64,000 nt of DNA from positions 1-64,000 of IMG/VR virus record IMGVR_UViG_3300010430_000025; one strand, 5' to 3'. Both the position numbers and the translations under genes were made by a program. A model generated the notes under the pieces. That model worked only from the letters and a program-made list of their open reading frames with translations. It made no database searches and was not told the DNA's origin. Numbering within the stretch: the first letter of the stretch is position 1; every line of letters begins with the position of its first letter. Positions 1-9,758 of this stretch are shown here, in pieces. This DNA comes from a virus.

Positions 1-300
1 CCTTTTTTCACAATCAATAAAGTATTGGCGGGCTTGCTTGCCTTTGGCGTTACCTTCTACCATAGCCAGTTCTTTAGCAGCATCTATTGTCAGTACATAA
101 TCGATTGAAGGCCTGCCGCCTAATGGGTTTACCCCCGATTGGGTGAAAACTGTATAGTCTTGGTTTTCAACTAAGCCATATTTGTCTATACGGTTTTTAA
201 TCCATGCTGAGAAGTCTTTTTTGCTTCCTAAAAACAAATGCAGGTCTTTTGCGCTTATTGCAGCATTTCCATTTTGGGTAGATATTTTTATCAATTCCAT
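1..300 (-). CDS. AntA/AntB-family phage antirepressor (3' end runs off the window)
   Basis: Manual translation (not in ORF track): MELIKISTQNGNAAISAKDLHLFLGSKKDFSAWIKNRIDKYGLVENQDY...GGRPSIDYVLTIDAAKELAMVEGNAKGKQARQYFIDCEKR, the typical AntA/B pattern. Confidence 0.9.
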   Translation of the reverse strand, partial: MELIKISTQNGNAAISAKDLHLFLGSKKDFSAWIKNRIDKYGLVENQDYTVFTQSGVNPLGGRPSIDYVLTIDAAKELAMVEGNAKGKQARQYFIDCEKR

Positions 301-304
301 GTTA

Positions 305-312
305 CAAATGTA
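305..312 (-). promoter_or_regulatory. Bacteroidota sigma70 -7 box (TACATTTG), 4 nt before antirepressor ATG
   Basis: Matches TAnnTTTG. Confidence 0.6.
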
Positions 313-388
313 AACAAAACACTTGTAATACCCAAATAAAATGTTTTACTTTGCTACGTATTATTAAAAGCCATCGAGAAAACATAAC

Positions 389-592
389 ATGGAGGTATTT
401 AAAGAGAAGAGAAAAGATAAACATTTGCGTTTACAAGATATAGCCGAAACGATAAAGGTTCCACGCCAAAGAATAAGCCTTTTTGAAAAGGGCGAAGACT
501 CAATGAGTTTTAAAGAAGTTCTTAGCTTATGCAGGGAACTTGGTTTTAGGGTAACAATAAGCGACGAGAGAACAACATTTGATTGTAAGTAA
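389..592 (+). CDS. XRE/Cro-like HTH regulator
   Basis: FKEKRKDKHLRLQDIAETIKVPRQRISLFEKG HTH_3 pattern; divergent from antirepressor. Confidence 0.8.
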   Translation: MEVFKEKRKDKHLRLQDIAETIKVPRQRISLFEKGEDSMSFKEVLSLCRELGFRVTISDERTTFDCK

Positions 593-659
593 ACACCTAA
601 ACGCAACAATGTTGCAAAAAACAAAATGCTATTACAATTAATCACTAATAAATAATAAT

Positions 660-845
660 ATGACAGACAAAGAATTAAGAATGCAATGCTTACAGTTAGC
701 CGCAGGAAGTAGTTTAGGCAACGACGAGAAAGAGACAATTAAAACCGCTAAAGAGTTTTATGATTTTGTAAGGACTGGTGTAAGGAAAAAGACTGAGGAA
801 GAAGTATCTGAGGCTAACAGCCCAAGAGGAGGCTCACACGATTAA
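660..845 (+). CDS. hypothetical protein
   Basis: ORF with A-rich start context. Confidence 0.6.
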   Translation: MTDKELRMQCLQLAAGSSLGNDEKETIKTAKEFYDFVRTGVRKKTEEEVSEANSPRGGSHD

Positions 846-889
846 ACCCTACATGGTGCAATGCCCTGTTTCGATTACAGGGTAGGGTG
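846..889 (+). ncRNA. tRNA-like minihelix (acceptor stem + T-arm only)
   Basis: ACCCTAC/GTAGGGT 7-bp stem stacked on CCTGT-TTCGATT-ACAGG; 12-nt linker replaces the D and anticodon arms. Confidence 0.45.
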
Positions 890-913
890 CAAAACAGAAT
901 AACTTATGAGAAA

Positions 914-1066
914 ATGAGCGACTTTGAACATTTCACAAAACGTATAGAATCACTCCACAAACGTATCGACATATTAAGCAGTCAACTGTGGTTTGCTTAT
1001 ACTATTGCTGTTATAGCTATTTTGTTTGGGCTTATCTCCATTACGGGCTTATTTATAAAACAATAA
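914..1066 (+). CDS. small membrane protein (50 aa)
   Basis: MSDFEHFTKRIESLHKRIDILSSQLWFAYTIAVIAILFGLISITGLFIKQ; TAATG overlap with next gene. Confidence 0.5.
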   Translation: MSDFEHFTKRIESLHKRIDILSSQLWFAYTIAVIAILFGLISITGLFIKQ

Positions 1067-1236
1067 TGGATAACCTTAAAATATCCCCCTGCGAGACTAT
1101 AACAGATATAGAAGGCTTTATAAAGGGGCATGAAGCTATAGTAAACGGTGGAACTGAGAAGTGGCGATTGATTTACAAGGAACGATTAGAAAAAGTAAAA
1201 GCAATGATAAAAAATGAACCACACTATAGTAGCTAA
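1066..1236 (+). CDS. hypothetical protein
   Basis: ORF 988..1236; ATG at 1066 overlaps the upstream stop. Confidence 0.55.
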   Translation: MDNLKISPCETITDIEGFIKGHEAIVNGGTEKWRLIYKERLEKVKAMIKNEPHYSS

Positions 1237-1474
1237 AAAAATTGGCTTTGATACTCAGAAAGAAAAGCCTGAGCTTATGACTTATTATATTCCGATAAGT
1301 GAAATAAAATACATTTCAGAAAAGAAGGGTGAGTTTGTTCAAATACATTTTAAGCCTTCTTTTTTTGAGATAAGCAAATCTTATAGCGAGAAACCATATT
1401 ATTTGCAAAGCGAATCCCCTAACGAATTTGAAATTATTACAAAAAAAATAGATGAGCAAACCAAAACTACCTAG
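1214..1474 (+). CDS. hypothetical protein
   Basis: ORF in tightly packed operon. Confidence 0.55.
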   Translation: MNHTIVAKKIGFDTQKEKPELMTYYIPISEIKYISEKKGEFVQIHFKPSFFEISKSYSEKPYYLQSESPNEFEIITKKIDEQTKTT

Positions 1475-1748
1475 ACCACAGACAAAAAGCGAAACAGTAA
1501 AACAGCTTAGAGAAGACATGAAAGAGCTTCAAAAAGTTATATTCGCTCAAAACCAAAACATAATGGTAATAAGTGAAAACTATCTTTTGATAGTCGATAT
1601 GATAAAAAGCATTGTGCCAAAAGTCAAGTTTGAAAAAAAAGAAAAGGGAGAAAAGGCGTTACCTCTTTATAATGAAAAGGGACGTGTTATTTACCTTGAA
1701 GACAGTAAAATATTTGAGTATAAAGAAAAAGAGGAAGAAAATAAATAG
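1452..1748 (+). CDS. hypothetical protein
   Basis: ORF in tightly packed operon. Confidence 0.55.
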   Translation: MSKPKLPRPQTKSETVKQLREDMKELQKVIFAQNQNIMVISENYLLIVDMIKSIVPKVKFEKKEKGEKALPLYNEKGRVIYLEDSKIFEYKEKEEENK

Positions 1749-1765
1749 TTTAGTACATTTGTACT

Positions 1766-2563
1766 ATGGCTTTAGTACCTAAAAATTCTGCTACACCAAC
1801 AACCAACCCCAACTTAATACTCTTTAATGATATTACTGGGGAATATGATGCTACTACTAACCCTACAGGTTTTGGAACACCTAACCCTGATAGGGCAGAT
1901 GTAACAGCAGTATCTTTGAGCGTGCTAAAACCTAATTCAACTACAGCTTTAGTCGTTGATGTTTTGCCATTTCCATATAGGTTATTTAGGCTTAATACTG
2001 TTTTATATGTTACCCCTGATTTATTTGGAGGGAGCGTTATAGGGACAGAAATAACAGGCGCATCTAACGCAACCCCTATTGTTATAACAACTGACACAGC
2101 ACACGGTTTAACTACTGGGCAAAATGCTACGGTACAAAATGTTATAGGCAATTTAGCTGCTAATGGCTATTGGCAAACAACAGTATTAACGAGTACAACA
2201 TTTTCTTTAGACGGTAGCGCAGGTAGTGGTGCTGATGGGGGTAGCGGGGAAGATGCTGTTACGAGACTAGCTACGCAAACAGATTTTGTAGATGGTGTTT
2301 GGAAGTTTGATATAGCCACTACTATAGACAGCGTAGACTATACCACCACCACATATTATCTTCACACAGCATTAATAGAATGTTGTATATCAAAAGAAGT
2401 GGCGAGGGCGGCAGATGCAGGGTGTAAAAACTTTGATAAGTATGCTGAATATGAGAATACATTACAATACGCTAGGGATGCTTTTGATTGCGGCTTATAC
2501 GATATAGCCCAAGATACTATAGATAGATTAACCAAATTATGTAATTGCGATTGTGGCTGCTAA
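1766..2563 (+). CDS. putative virion/tail protein with E1-FCCH-like beta domain and Cys-rich C-terminus
   Basis: ITGASNATPIVITTDTAHGLTTGQ motif; C-terminal CNCDCGC; first gene of the structural block. Confidence 0.6.
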   Translation: MALVPKNSATPTTNPNLILFNDITGEYDATTNPTGFGTPNPDRADVTAVSLSVLKPNSTTALVVDVLPFPYRLFRLNTVLYVTPDLFGGSVIGTEITGASNATPIVITTDTAHGLTTGQNATVQNVIGNLAANGYWQTTVLTSTTFSLDGSAGSGADGGSGEDAVTRLATQTDFVDGVWKFDIATTIDSVDYTTTTYYLHTALIECCISKEVARAADAGCKNFDKYAEYENTLQYARDAFDCGLYDIAQDTIDRLTKLCNCDCGC

Positions 2564-2879
2564 ATACCCTTTTACAACAACCGACCTTTTAAGAAGTATT
2601 TTAAACCTAAAATGTGCTATTGGCACAGAGGTGGGAAATATGAATACTGATTTAAAAAACGGTAAGGACGTAACTAAAAGACAGATTAAACTAAGCGATA
2701 TGCGGGTAGTGTTAATCTCTTTAGAAAGGTATAACCCCTTTTACTATGCAGATACGTCTATAAATTGTTTAACCATAGACCAAGTTGGTATATTAATGCA
2801 AAAAGCAAAGCAATACGGTGAAAGCTGTAATTGCAATTCCCCTACTCGACCAGTTACTATCCCCTCTTTCTATTATTAA
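2553..2879 (+). CDS. hypothetical structural protein (Cys-containing)
   Basis: Overlaps the preceding gene; CNCNS motif. Confidence 0.55.
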   Translation: MAAKYPFTTTDLLRSILNLKCAIGTEVGNMNTDLKNGKDVTKRQIKLSDMRVVLISLERYNPFYYADTSINCLTIDQVGILMQKAKQYGESCNCNSPTRPVTIPSFYY

Positions 2880-2915
2880 TAAGATATATTCCTATAAAAA
2901 TACTAAATTTGAAGA

Positions 2916-3632
2916 GTGCAAGTAAAACATATACCTTCTTCACAAGTATTAGCGATAGTAAAGCAAAGGCTTAGATTATCTACGGAAAACTATGATGGGT
3001 TTTTAAACTTAGAATTAGAGTTAATACTACAAAATATTTATTCTCCTGCGGTATATAATAGCTATGAAAGAGTAGTAGAGGTGTGTGATAGCTCTTTTAA
3101 AGTTGCTGGGGCAAAACGATTGTGGGGAGTTCAACTGTGTAGAAATGAAGGCACAGACTCTTCTCTATCACTAATAGACCTTTCAGGAGCTTTTTTTATG
3201 CTATATGATTTAGCTAAGACAACAGTTCCTGTATATGGGGGTTGTTTATTAGACGATTACGTTGTTTATCAAGATGGGTACTGGAAGTTTCATAACGAAA
3301 CTGACGAACTATACGCTAAAGTTTGGTACGAAGGATTTGCTATTGACGATGAAGGGTTTGTTCTTATACCAGAGAATTACCAAAGTTTTCTAGGAAACGA
3401 GTTATGCAGTAGATTTCTGACGAGCTTCCCTAATTATATGAATAACAACCCTAATCTTTCTTTACAATTAGCAAGGACATATAATAGAAAAGCAAGTTTA
3501 GAATACCTTAATGTTAATGGGCAAGACCAGCAGGTAAGAGCCGACGAGACTAAAAACCAATGGAGGTTTGCTAATAGTAAGATAAGAATGAACAGTCCAT
3601 ATTGGAGCGGATATGCTTTTAACAGGATTTAA
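2916..3632 (+). CDS. putative tail ring/adaptor-like protein
   Basis: Size and YEGFAIDDEGFVLIPE motif resemble crAss-like ring proteins. Confidence 0.45.
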   Translation: MQVKHIPSSQVLAIVKQRLRLSTENYDGFLNLELELILQNIYSPAVYNSYERVVEVCDSSFKVAGAKRLWGVQLCRNEGTDSSLSLIDLSGAFFMLYDLAKTTVPVYGGCLLDDYVVYQDGYWKFHNETDELYAKVWYEGFAIDDEGFVLIPENYQSFLGNELCSRFLTSFPNYMNNNPNLSLQLARTYNRKASLEYLNVNGQDQQVRADETKNQWRFANSKIRMNSPYWSGYAFNRI

Positions 3633-3634
3633 TT

Positions 3635-4411
3635 ATGAGTATTGGATTTCGATTTGGGTTACAAAAAAAAAGGCGCAGACTTGACCCTGATGCAGCTAAC
3701 TTTTTTACTGTGACGGGTATAACAGACCCAACACAAAAAGAGGCTGTAAATTATTTAGCAACAGAGTTAAAGTCTGAGAGTTTGTGGAGCAAAATGGATG
3801 TGATTTCTCCCTTTGTAGGCGGCAATGCGTCTGCCCATAGTTATAATTTAAAAGATACTTCTCAAAATCAAATAACTTGGAGCGGGACAGTAACACATAA
3901 TGCAAACGGAATAACAGGAAACGGAGTTGATGGTTATGGCGATACAGGTTATATAATAGACCCTGCAAACCAAAACGATTTACACATGAGCATATACCAT
4001 CGAAATAATATTACTACAGGGGTAACAATAGGTACTTTGGGTGCAGCTAATGTTTCTTTTATCATTATACCGTATAACGGCATCGAATATGAGTCTCGAA
4101 GCAATAGCTTTGCGGGCGGCAATACGGCAAACGCAAATTCTACAGGTTTTTTTCTTTCTTCAAGAAACGGATTGACGGATGCAAAGTCATACAAAAATGG
4201 CTCTGTAATATTAACCGATGCGCAGGGTACTAATACGCCTTCTCTATTCCCAACATACATTTTGGCACGAAATAACAATGGAACGGCAGATTTTTTTACT
4301 TCTTCTAACTTAGCTTTTGCGAGTATCGGTGAAAAATTAAATGATGCAGAAGCCTTGCTGTTTTATAATATCGTTCAACAATATCAAACATTATTATCAC
4401 GTAACGTCTAG
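3635..4411 (+). CDS. putative tail-associated lectin-like protein
   Basis: DPDAANFFTVTGITDPTQKEAVN..LK..LWSKM N-terminus common in Bacteroidota phage tail regions; beta-rich C-terminus. Confidence 0.55.
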   Translation: MSIGFRFGLQKKRRRLDPDAANFFTVTGITDPTQKEAVNYLATELKSESLWSKMDVISPFVGGNASAHSYNLKDTSQNQITWSGTVTHNANGITGNGVDGYGDTGYIIDPANQNDLHMSIYHRNNITTGVTIGTLGAANVSFIIIPYNGIEYESRSNSFAGGNTANANSTGFFLSSRNGLTDAKSYKNGSVILTDAQGTNTPSLFPTYILARNNNGTADFFTSSNLAFASIGEKLNDAEALLFYNIVQQYQTLLSRNV

Positions 4412-4415
4412 GATT

Positions 4416-6395
4416 ATGCCAACAAAACCAATACAAACAGAATTTTTAAAGGGACTTACCGAAGCTCCTTCAAGTATAGTATCAGGATTATCTTTCGTTA
4501 CTCAATCAGGAGGTAAAGAGTTAGCCTACAAGGTTGAGATAGCAAAAATAGCGGAATACATTAATTCTTCTACTGTTATACCTGTAAACCAAGTAACCTA
4601 TTCAGAGGCAGCGACTAAAGTTAGTAGTAATACCCTAAGCGCAGGAGAGATTTATGAGATAACAGACGCAACGCAAGCAAACGGAGGGAAAGGAAGCGTT
4701 TTCTTAACAGCAATTAATGGTAATATATTCTCTAATGACGCTATATGGAAGATAACCTCAGACTTTAAAGGCTTTGCTTGGATTGACTTAGGAGGAACTA
4801 TGACGGGTGGCGATACCGTTACAGTAGTTAGTATAGATAGTGTAAACCAGCTTTCAGCACCCGTAGCTTTTGCAACAGATTATGATGCCTTAGCGATAGC
4901 TATTGCCGCAGATATAAACGCTAACGCTAGTGCTACATATACTGCTTTTGCTATTCAAAGAAGAGTTATATTGATAAATAAGAACACAGGTTCTGCGTCA
5001 AATGGAGATACGGTTGCGGCAACAGGAACTAATTTAACATTACAAGACACTCAAGATGTTACAAACGGTCAAGAGGATGAAATACTCTACATTGATATAA
5101 ACTATGATTTCTTAAAAAACCAAATATATTCAGCGTATTATAATTTTTCCAACGTAAACATAACTACTACAGACAGAAATATATCAGACTTAGGGCATAA
5201 CCCTATTTATTATTTCCCTTTTGGAGATAAAAATAGTGCTTATGGGAGTAGTAGAGACACATTTGAAAATAGTAATTTTAATGGGCAAACATTTAAAGAT
5301 GTTTACTATGTAGATTCATATTTTAATGATAGCAACTTTCATTCAAGTTTAACATGGACGGTAACAGACGGATGCGCTTTAAGAAAAGCAGTATTTGAGA
5401 AAGCAGAATATATAGGGGGAACAATAAACCTAAGTGGAAGTATACATACATTTACAGGGGCAACGGACTATTTTAACCTTAGCAGGTGTATTTTTTATAA
5501 TGATAGTAATTATGATTTCTCTAATACAATAATTGGAGGGAAAGACTTTTCTTTTGGTAGGGAAATGGGAGACGTTAACCTAGATTTAAGCGGAAGCACC
5601 ATAACTCTAGCGCAGAATAGTAAATACGTTGCTAAAACAAACGGTAGTTTTACAATGACAGATACCGTTTTTAACGGGACGTTATTAATACAAGCAGAAG
5701 ACAATATTACTATTGATGCGACTGGAATAACTACAACAAGTGAAATCAAAGTAGATAATTATCTTACAGAAAATATAAATATAGACTTATCAGGGGCTAC
5801 ATTATCAGGAAACTTCAACCTCACAGGGGTAATAACCGATTCGGTAATGGATTTTAGTGGCTGTACAATCGGTGGCGTTTCTATAGTAGATAGCCATCTA
5901 AGAAATTTTGATATTACCGCTACACAAAACTATGGGTCAAAAACAATTACTATACAAAACAGTAATTTATCTGATTATAGCTGGACTGTTCCAGTTTCAG
6001 TAGCCGAAAATATATTTATAAATAAAACTGAGTGGGCTAATGATGTATTTAACTTTAATGTAGATTTAACTTTAGATGGTAGCGCGGGAAGTGGCGAGGG
6101 AGGTGATTCACTAACAGTAGAGCAAAGTGTCCCAGATAACTGGTTTGTAACATCTTCATTTAGCGAGGGTAATTTAGCGGGGTCAGGAAACGTTGAGGTG
6201 GGCATGACAGGGGCTACTACGACTATTATTCCTGCAACCGCAGCAACCTCTTTAAATTCTATTATAGAGCAAACAGTAATAAAAACTAAATCTACTGATA
6301 TTATTAGGGTTTTAGGAGCGATAAGCGGGTCTACCCCTACTAACGACGTTACAGGACAATTAAAAATTTGGGTACAAGGTAAAATAGGAATATAA
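4416..6395 (+). CDS. putative tail fibre/spike (beta-helix-like)
   Basis: Thr/Asn/Ser/Gly-rich repetitive beta segments; ATG 4416 follows the previous stop (ORF track start 4341). Confidence 0.6.
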   Translation: MPTKPIQTEFLKGLTEAPSSIVSGLSFVTQSGGKELAYKVEIAKIAEYINSSTVIPVNQVTYSEAATKVSSNTLSAGEIYEITDATQANGGKGSVFLTAINGNIFSNDAIWKITSDFKGFAWIDLGGTMTGGDTVTVVSIDSVNQLSAPVAFATDYDALAIAIAADINANASATYTAFAIQRRVILINKNTGSASNGDTVAATGTNLTLQDTQDVTNGQEDEILYIDINYDFLKNQIYSAYYNFSNVNITTTDRNISDLGHNPIYYFPFGDKNSAYGSSRDTFENSNFNGQTFKDVYYVDSYFNDSNFHSSLTWTVTDGCALRKAVFEKAEYIGGTINLSGSIHTFTGATDYFNLSRCIFYNDSNYDFSNTIIGGKDFSFGREMGDVNLDLSGSTITLAQNSKYVAKTNGSFTMTDTVFNGTLLIQAEDNITIDATGITTTSEIKVDNYLTENINIDLSGATLSGNFNLTGVITDSVMDFSGCTIGGVSIVDSHLRNFDITATQNYGSKTITIQNSNLSDYSWTVPVSVAENIFINKTEWANDVFNFNVDLTLDGSAGSGEGGDSLTVEQSVPDNWFVTSSFSEGNLAGSGNVEVGMTGATTTIIPATAATSLNSIIEQTVIKTKSTDIIRVLGAISGSTPTNDVTGQLKIWVQGKIGI

Positions 6396-6799
6396 TGGCA
6401 ATAGAAAGTGATTTTAAGTTTCTCGGAAATACAACCGATAAATTAAAGGTTAGAGCAACCCTTGAAGAGTTGCAAGATAATATGTCTCCGACAGAAAGTT
6501 CGGAAAACACTACGGAAAATCGTTCGGTCTCTGTTCCTGCGGGGTATGTAATAAATCAAATTATTATACAGAACACTACTGCTAACCTAGTAACAATAAA
6601 TATAGGAACGACAGATGGAGGCTCTGATGTGGTGAGTGGATTAATAGTGGCTATATCTTCTTTGGGGGCACTCTTGGATTCTTTAATTTTAAAAAGAGTT
6701 TTTAATTTAGCAGCATCACAAACATTGTATATAACATCTTTGAATTGGAATAGTGCTTCCTTAAATGTTTATATAAAACTAGAGAAGCTAATATATTAG
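6395..6799 (+). CDS. hypothetical structural protein
   Basis: TAATG coupling; INIGTTDGGSDVV beta-sandwich-like segment. Confidence 0.55.
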   Translation: MAIESDFKFLGNTTDKLKVRATLEELQDNMSPTESSENTTENRSVSVPAGYVINQIIIQNTTANLVTINIGTTDGGSDVVSGLIVAISSLGALLDSLILKRVFNLAASQTLYITSLNWNSASLNVYIKLEKLIY

Positions 6800-6851
6800 A
6801 AAATAGCTTTTGACCTTTGAATAAGTATAAACTTTGTACTTATATTTGGGA

Positions 6852-7220
6852 ATGAAAAAAATATTTTATCTGCTACTATTTCTAGGAATAAGTTATAGCG
6901 CAAACTCACAAACACTTACAGACACCCTGTATGTAGAGGTGATTGAAGGAGCAAAAACAGATTTCACCTCCACAGTTACCCTTACTAAACGTGTAAAAAT
7001 ATCCGATACTTTAGGGGCAAAAGTTGTAATTTTAAATGAGACCTCTCAGATTACCTCTGACAACGATATTATTTTGTTTAAGTCTAATGGGATAGGGTTG
7101 CCTCAACTCACATCCGCGCAACGCCTAGCGTTAATTAGTGTAACTATTGGAACTGCGGTATTTGACACTACAATTAATCGCCCTTTATTTTATGATGGAG
7201 CTAATTGGATAATTTATTAA
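6852..7220 (+). CDS. signal-peptide-bearing fibre-like protein
   Basis: MKKIFYLLLFLGISYSANSQ signal peptide; GIGLPQLTSAQRLAL..VFDTT..YDGANW motif. Confidence 0.6.
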   Translation: MKKIFYLLLFLGISYSANSQTLTDTLYVEVIEGAKTDFTSTVTLTKRVKISDTLGAKVVILNETSQITSDNDIILFKSNGIGLPQLTSAQRLALISVTIGTAVFDTTINRPLFYDGANWIIY

Positions 7221-7222
7221 CT

Positions 7223-9190
7223 ATGAGAAAAATACTACTAATAGGATTTCTGTTTACAGTACTAAATGGATTTTCACAAACGATAGATTATTCTACTCGA
7301 CAGATATTAGAGAGAGAAGATTCAAAAAACAAGTTGTGGATGCAGTATGATTATTACCAAAACAAATACGACTTAGATTCTTTAAAAGGAAATAATTATT
7401 TCTTTTGGAGCAACGTAATGATGATTGATGACACCCTGAATCATATTGTATGGGTTAGGAAACATCATGGAGATATAGGTAATGGATTTATGCCGCAAAC
7501 TAAAGTAATTATAGGGGCTGATACCACACGAAGCTACTATGAAACAAAAGTAACTGAAGGAGGTGTTGATATACCAATTTTAAATAGGTCTTTAGCTTAT
7601 AGCGATATAGACGGCACGGGAGACACCATTATAGGCTTACAGCATAATCCAGTTACGTATGCTCAGGACACACTATTGTATTTAAACAGAAACATGGGGC
7701 TTCTTAAAAAAGTATATTTCGATAAGGCTTCTCTAGGGTTTACTAGGTTATGGGATATGTCCCCTATAATTTCTGCTTATGGAAAATGGTGGATGGCTGC
7801 ATACCAGCCTTTAACAGCAACAAACTATACTACATACATATTAAGCAGCCCAAATAGAGGCTTATCTTGGAATATTGTAGATAGCGTATTACCTGTAATA
7901 AACAGGTTTCGACCCGAAGAGCCAAGTATAACTTTGGCAGCTAATGGCGATTTATTGGTTTTTAGTAGAAGCGATATAGGAAACTATACTTGGGTAAGTA
8001 GAAGTATAGATAGCGGTCAATCTTGGCTACCTCCCGTAAAAGCATTTCGAGGAGGAAACCATCCAATGTCTATAGCTACTAACTCTGGAGTTCTAGTGGT
8101 TGCCCCCTCAAGGCATATTGCACAAAACAGTCAAGGAGAACCATTAAAAGAAATGAATGACACTTTCTTTTATGACAACCTTATTCTACAAAATGGATTT
8201 ACGTATTACACTAATGTACAGGTATCATGGGATAACGGCTATACTTGGCATGAGTATATAGTAGACAAAGAGAGGGCGGAGAGACAATGGAACTTACCTG
8301 ACGGGGCAAGTGTAGTAGAATTGCCAAACGGAAGGGTAAGAATATATTGGAGTACAGGAGTAGGAGGATTTACAGGGAATGACGTTGCAGACCACAGGTA
8401 TGCAGATATGGAAATAGGGACACTTGAAGGCGATGTTAGATTTGTTGGTGGTACTAGCGTATTAGATTACCACGTAAGCGACCCTAATAACGGAACAAAA
8501 GTATTCTTTGAAGTAGATAGCAATGAGTTTCATACTAAAAAAATAGGAGTAGACAAATACATGTTAGATACTACTTTAATAATAAAAGGCAAGCTAGGAA
8601 TAGGGACAGACACGCCAATATATGATTTCGACTTTAGCTCTGATGGCTCCGCAAGATGGAACAACTTTCAAAACATGAGGGGTTTTTTCTTTCAGAATGG
8701 GGCGGGAACTTTTATAGGAAGAATAATGCGTAACGATTTATTTGGGATGCAATATACTTCATTTGACGGGTTTGGGTGGAGTGTAAACGACCCTACAGGG
8801 ACTTCTAATACAGCGCAAATGACTTTAAATAGTCAGGGAGAGTTAAGTATAGAAAATGTCCCTACAAGCACCTCTTCAAACGACACAGCATTGTACATTG
8901 ATTCTAACAACAGGGTAGTAAAAAGAGCAATACCTCCTTCTCAGTTAACAGGGAGCGCAACACTCGATTTTGCCACTACCCCTGCGCAGCAAAGCGCAGA
9001 TTTAACAATTTCAGTTGTAGGGGCAGCAATAGGAGACCCAGTAACCATAGGATATAACCCCACGAATAATGATGTTACATTCACAGCATTTGTTAGTCCC
9101 GCTAACTTTGTTACGATTAGGTTTAACAACTATAGTACATCCGCAGTCAATCCTTCGCCAATGCTTTTTAAAGCAATAGTTTTCAAATAG
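7223..9190 (+). CDS. sialidase-like (BNR/Asp-box) tail spike-like protein with N-terminal signal peptide
   Basis: Asp-boxes SPNRGLSW, SIDSGQSW, SWDNGYTW; LGIGTDTP repeat; C-terminal GSATLDF...GAAIGDPV domain; MRKILLIGFLFTVLNGFSQ. Confidence 0.7.
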   Translation: MRKILLIGFLFTVLNGFSQTIDYSTRQILEREDSKNKLWMQYDYYQNKYDLDSLKGNNYFFWSNVMMIDDTLNHIVWVRKHHGDIGNGFMPQTKVIIGADTTRSYYETKVTEGGVDIPILNRSLAYSDIDGTGDTIIGLQHNPVTYAQDTLLYLNRNMGLLKKVYFDKASLGFTRLWDMSPIISAYGKWWMAAYQPLTATNYTTYILSSPNRGLSWNIVDSVLPVINRFRPEEPSITLAANGDLLVFSRSDIGNYTWVSRSIDSGQSWLPPVKAFRGGNHPMSIATNSGVLVVAPSRHIAQNSQGEPLKEMNDTFFYDNLILQNGFTYYTNVQVSWDNGYTWHEYIVDKERAERQWNLPDGASVVELPNGRVRIYWSTGVGGFTGNDVADHRYADMEIGTLEGDVRFVGGTSVLDYHVSDPNNGTKVFFEVDSNEFHTKKIGVDKYMLDTTLIIKGKLGIGTDTPIYDFDFSSDGSARWNNFQNMRGFFFQNGAGTFIGRIMRNDLFGMQYTSFDGFGWSVNDPTGTSNTAQMTLNSQGELSIENVPTSTSSNDTALYIDSNNRVVKRAIPPSQLTGSATLDFATTPAQQSADLTISVVGAAIGDPVTIGYNPTNNDVTFTAFVSPANFVTIRFNNYSTSAVNPSPMLFKAIVFK

Positions 9191-9212
9191 TATCACGACG
9201 TTAATCTTTAAT

Positions 9213-9246
9213 ATCCCTTTACAAATATTTCTGTAAAGGGATTTTT
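9213..9246 (+). terminator. intrinsic terminator
   Basis: ATCCCTTTACA/TGTAAAGGGAT 11-bp stem + T-tract. Confidence 0.75.
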
Positions 9247-9260
9247 ATTATCTTTGGTGA

Positions 9261-9758
9261 GTGAAAAATAATACAAAAAACAGCCCTAAGACTAATCTAA
9301 TAGGATATATCCTATTAGGAACGGGTATATTAATATTTATTCTTTCTATATTTTCTGAGGTAAAATTAGACTTATCGGAATACGGGGGGATATTTGGCTT
9401 AATAGCTGCGGGCGTTTTATTCCTTTTAGGAATGAGTGATGAAGCACTTTTAATATTAAAACTAAATAAATCAAGTAATCAAACAGAATCAACAATGGCA
9501 TACGAAGAAACAACTAGAACCACAGGGTTTTTAACAGATGGGACAGAGGTAGAAGTTTTTTCATGGAGAGAAGAATCTACTGACCCTTACACGGATGAAG
9601 TTCAATTAATAGAAAATGATGCTAGTTCATCAACTGGTATATGGGTGTATTGGAATAGTAATACTTCTAATTATATAGGGCAGACAACTGCGCAATTTAA
9701 AGCGGCTAGTTTCCCTCGTAAACCAATTAAAAGGGGCGGAACACCACCATCAGCATAA
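9261..9758 (+). CDS. holin-like membrane protein, possibly with internal start at 9495
   Basis: Two N-terminal TM segments; near amidase. Confidence 0.45.
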   Translation: MKNNTKNSPKTNLIGYILLGTGILIFILSIFSEVKLDLSEYGGIFGLIAAGVLFLLGMSDEALLILKLNKSSNQTESTMAYEETTRTTGFLTDGTEVEVFSWREESTDPYTDEVQLIENDASSSTGIWVYWNSNTSNYIGQTTAQFKAASFPRKPIKRGGTPPSA

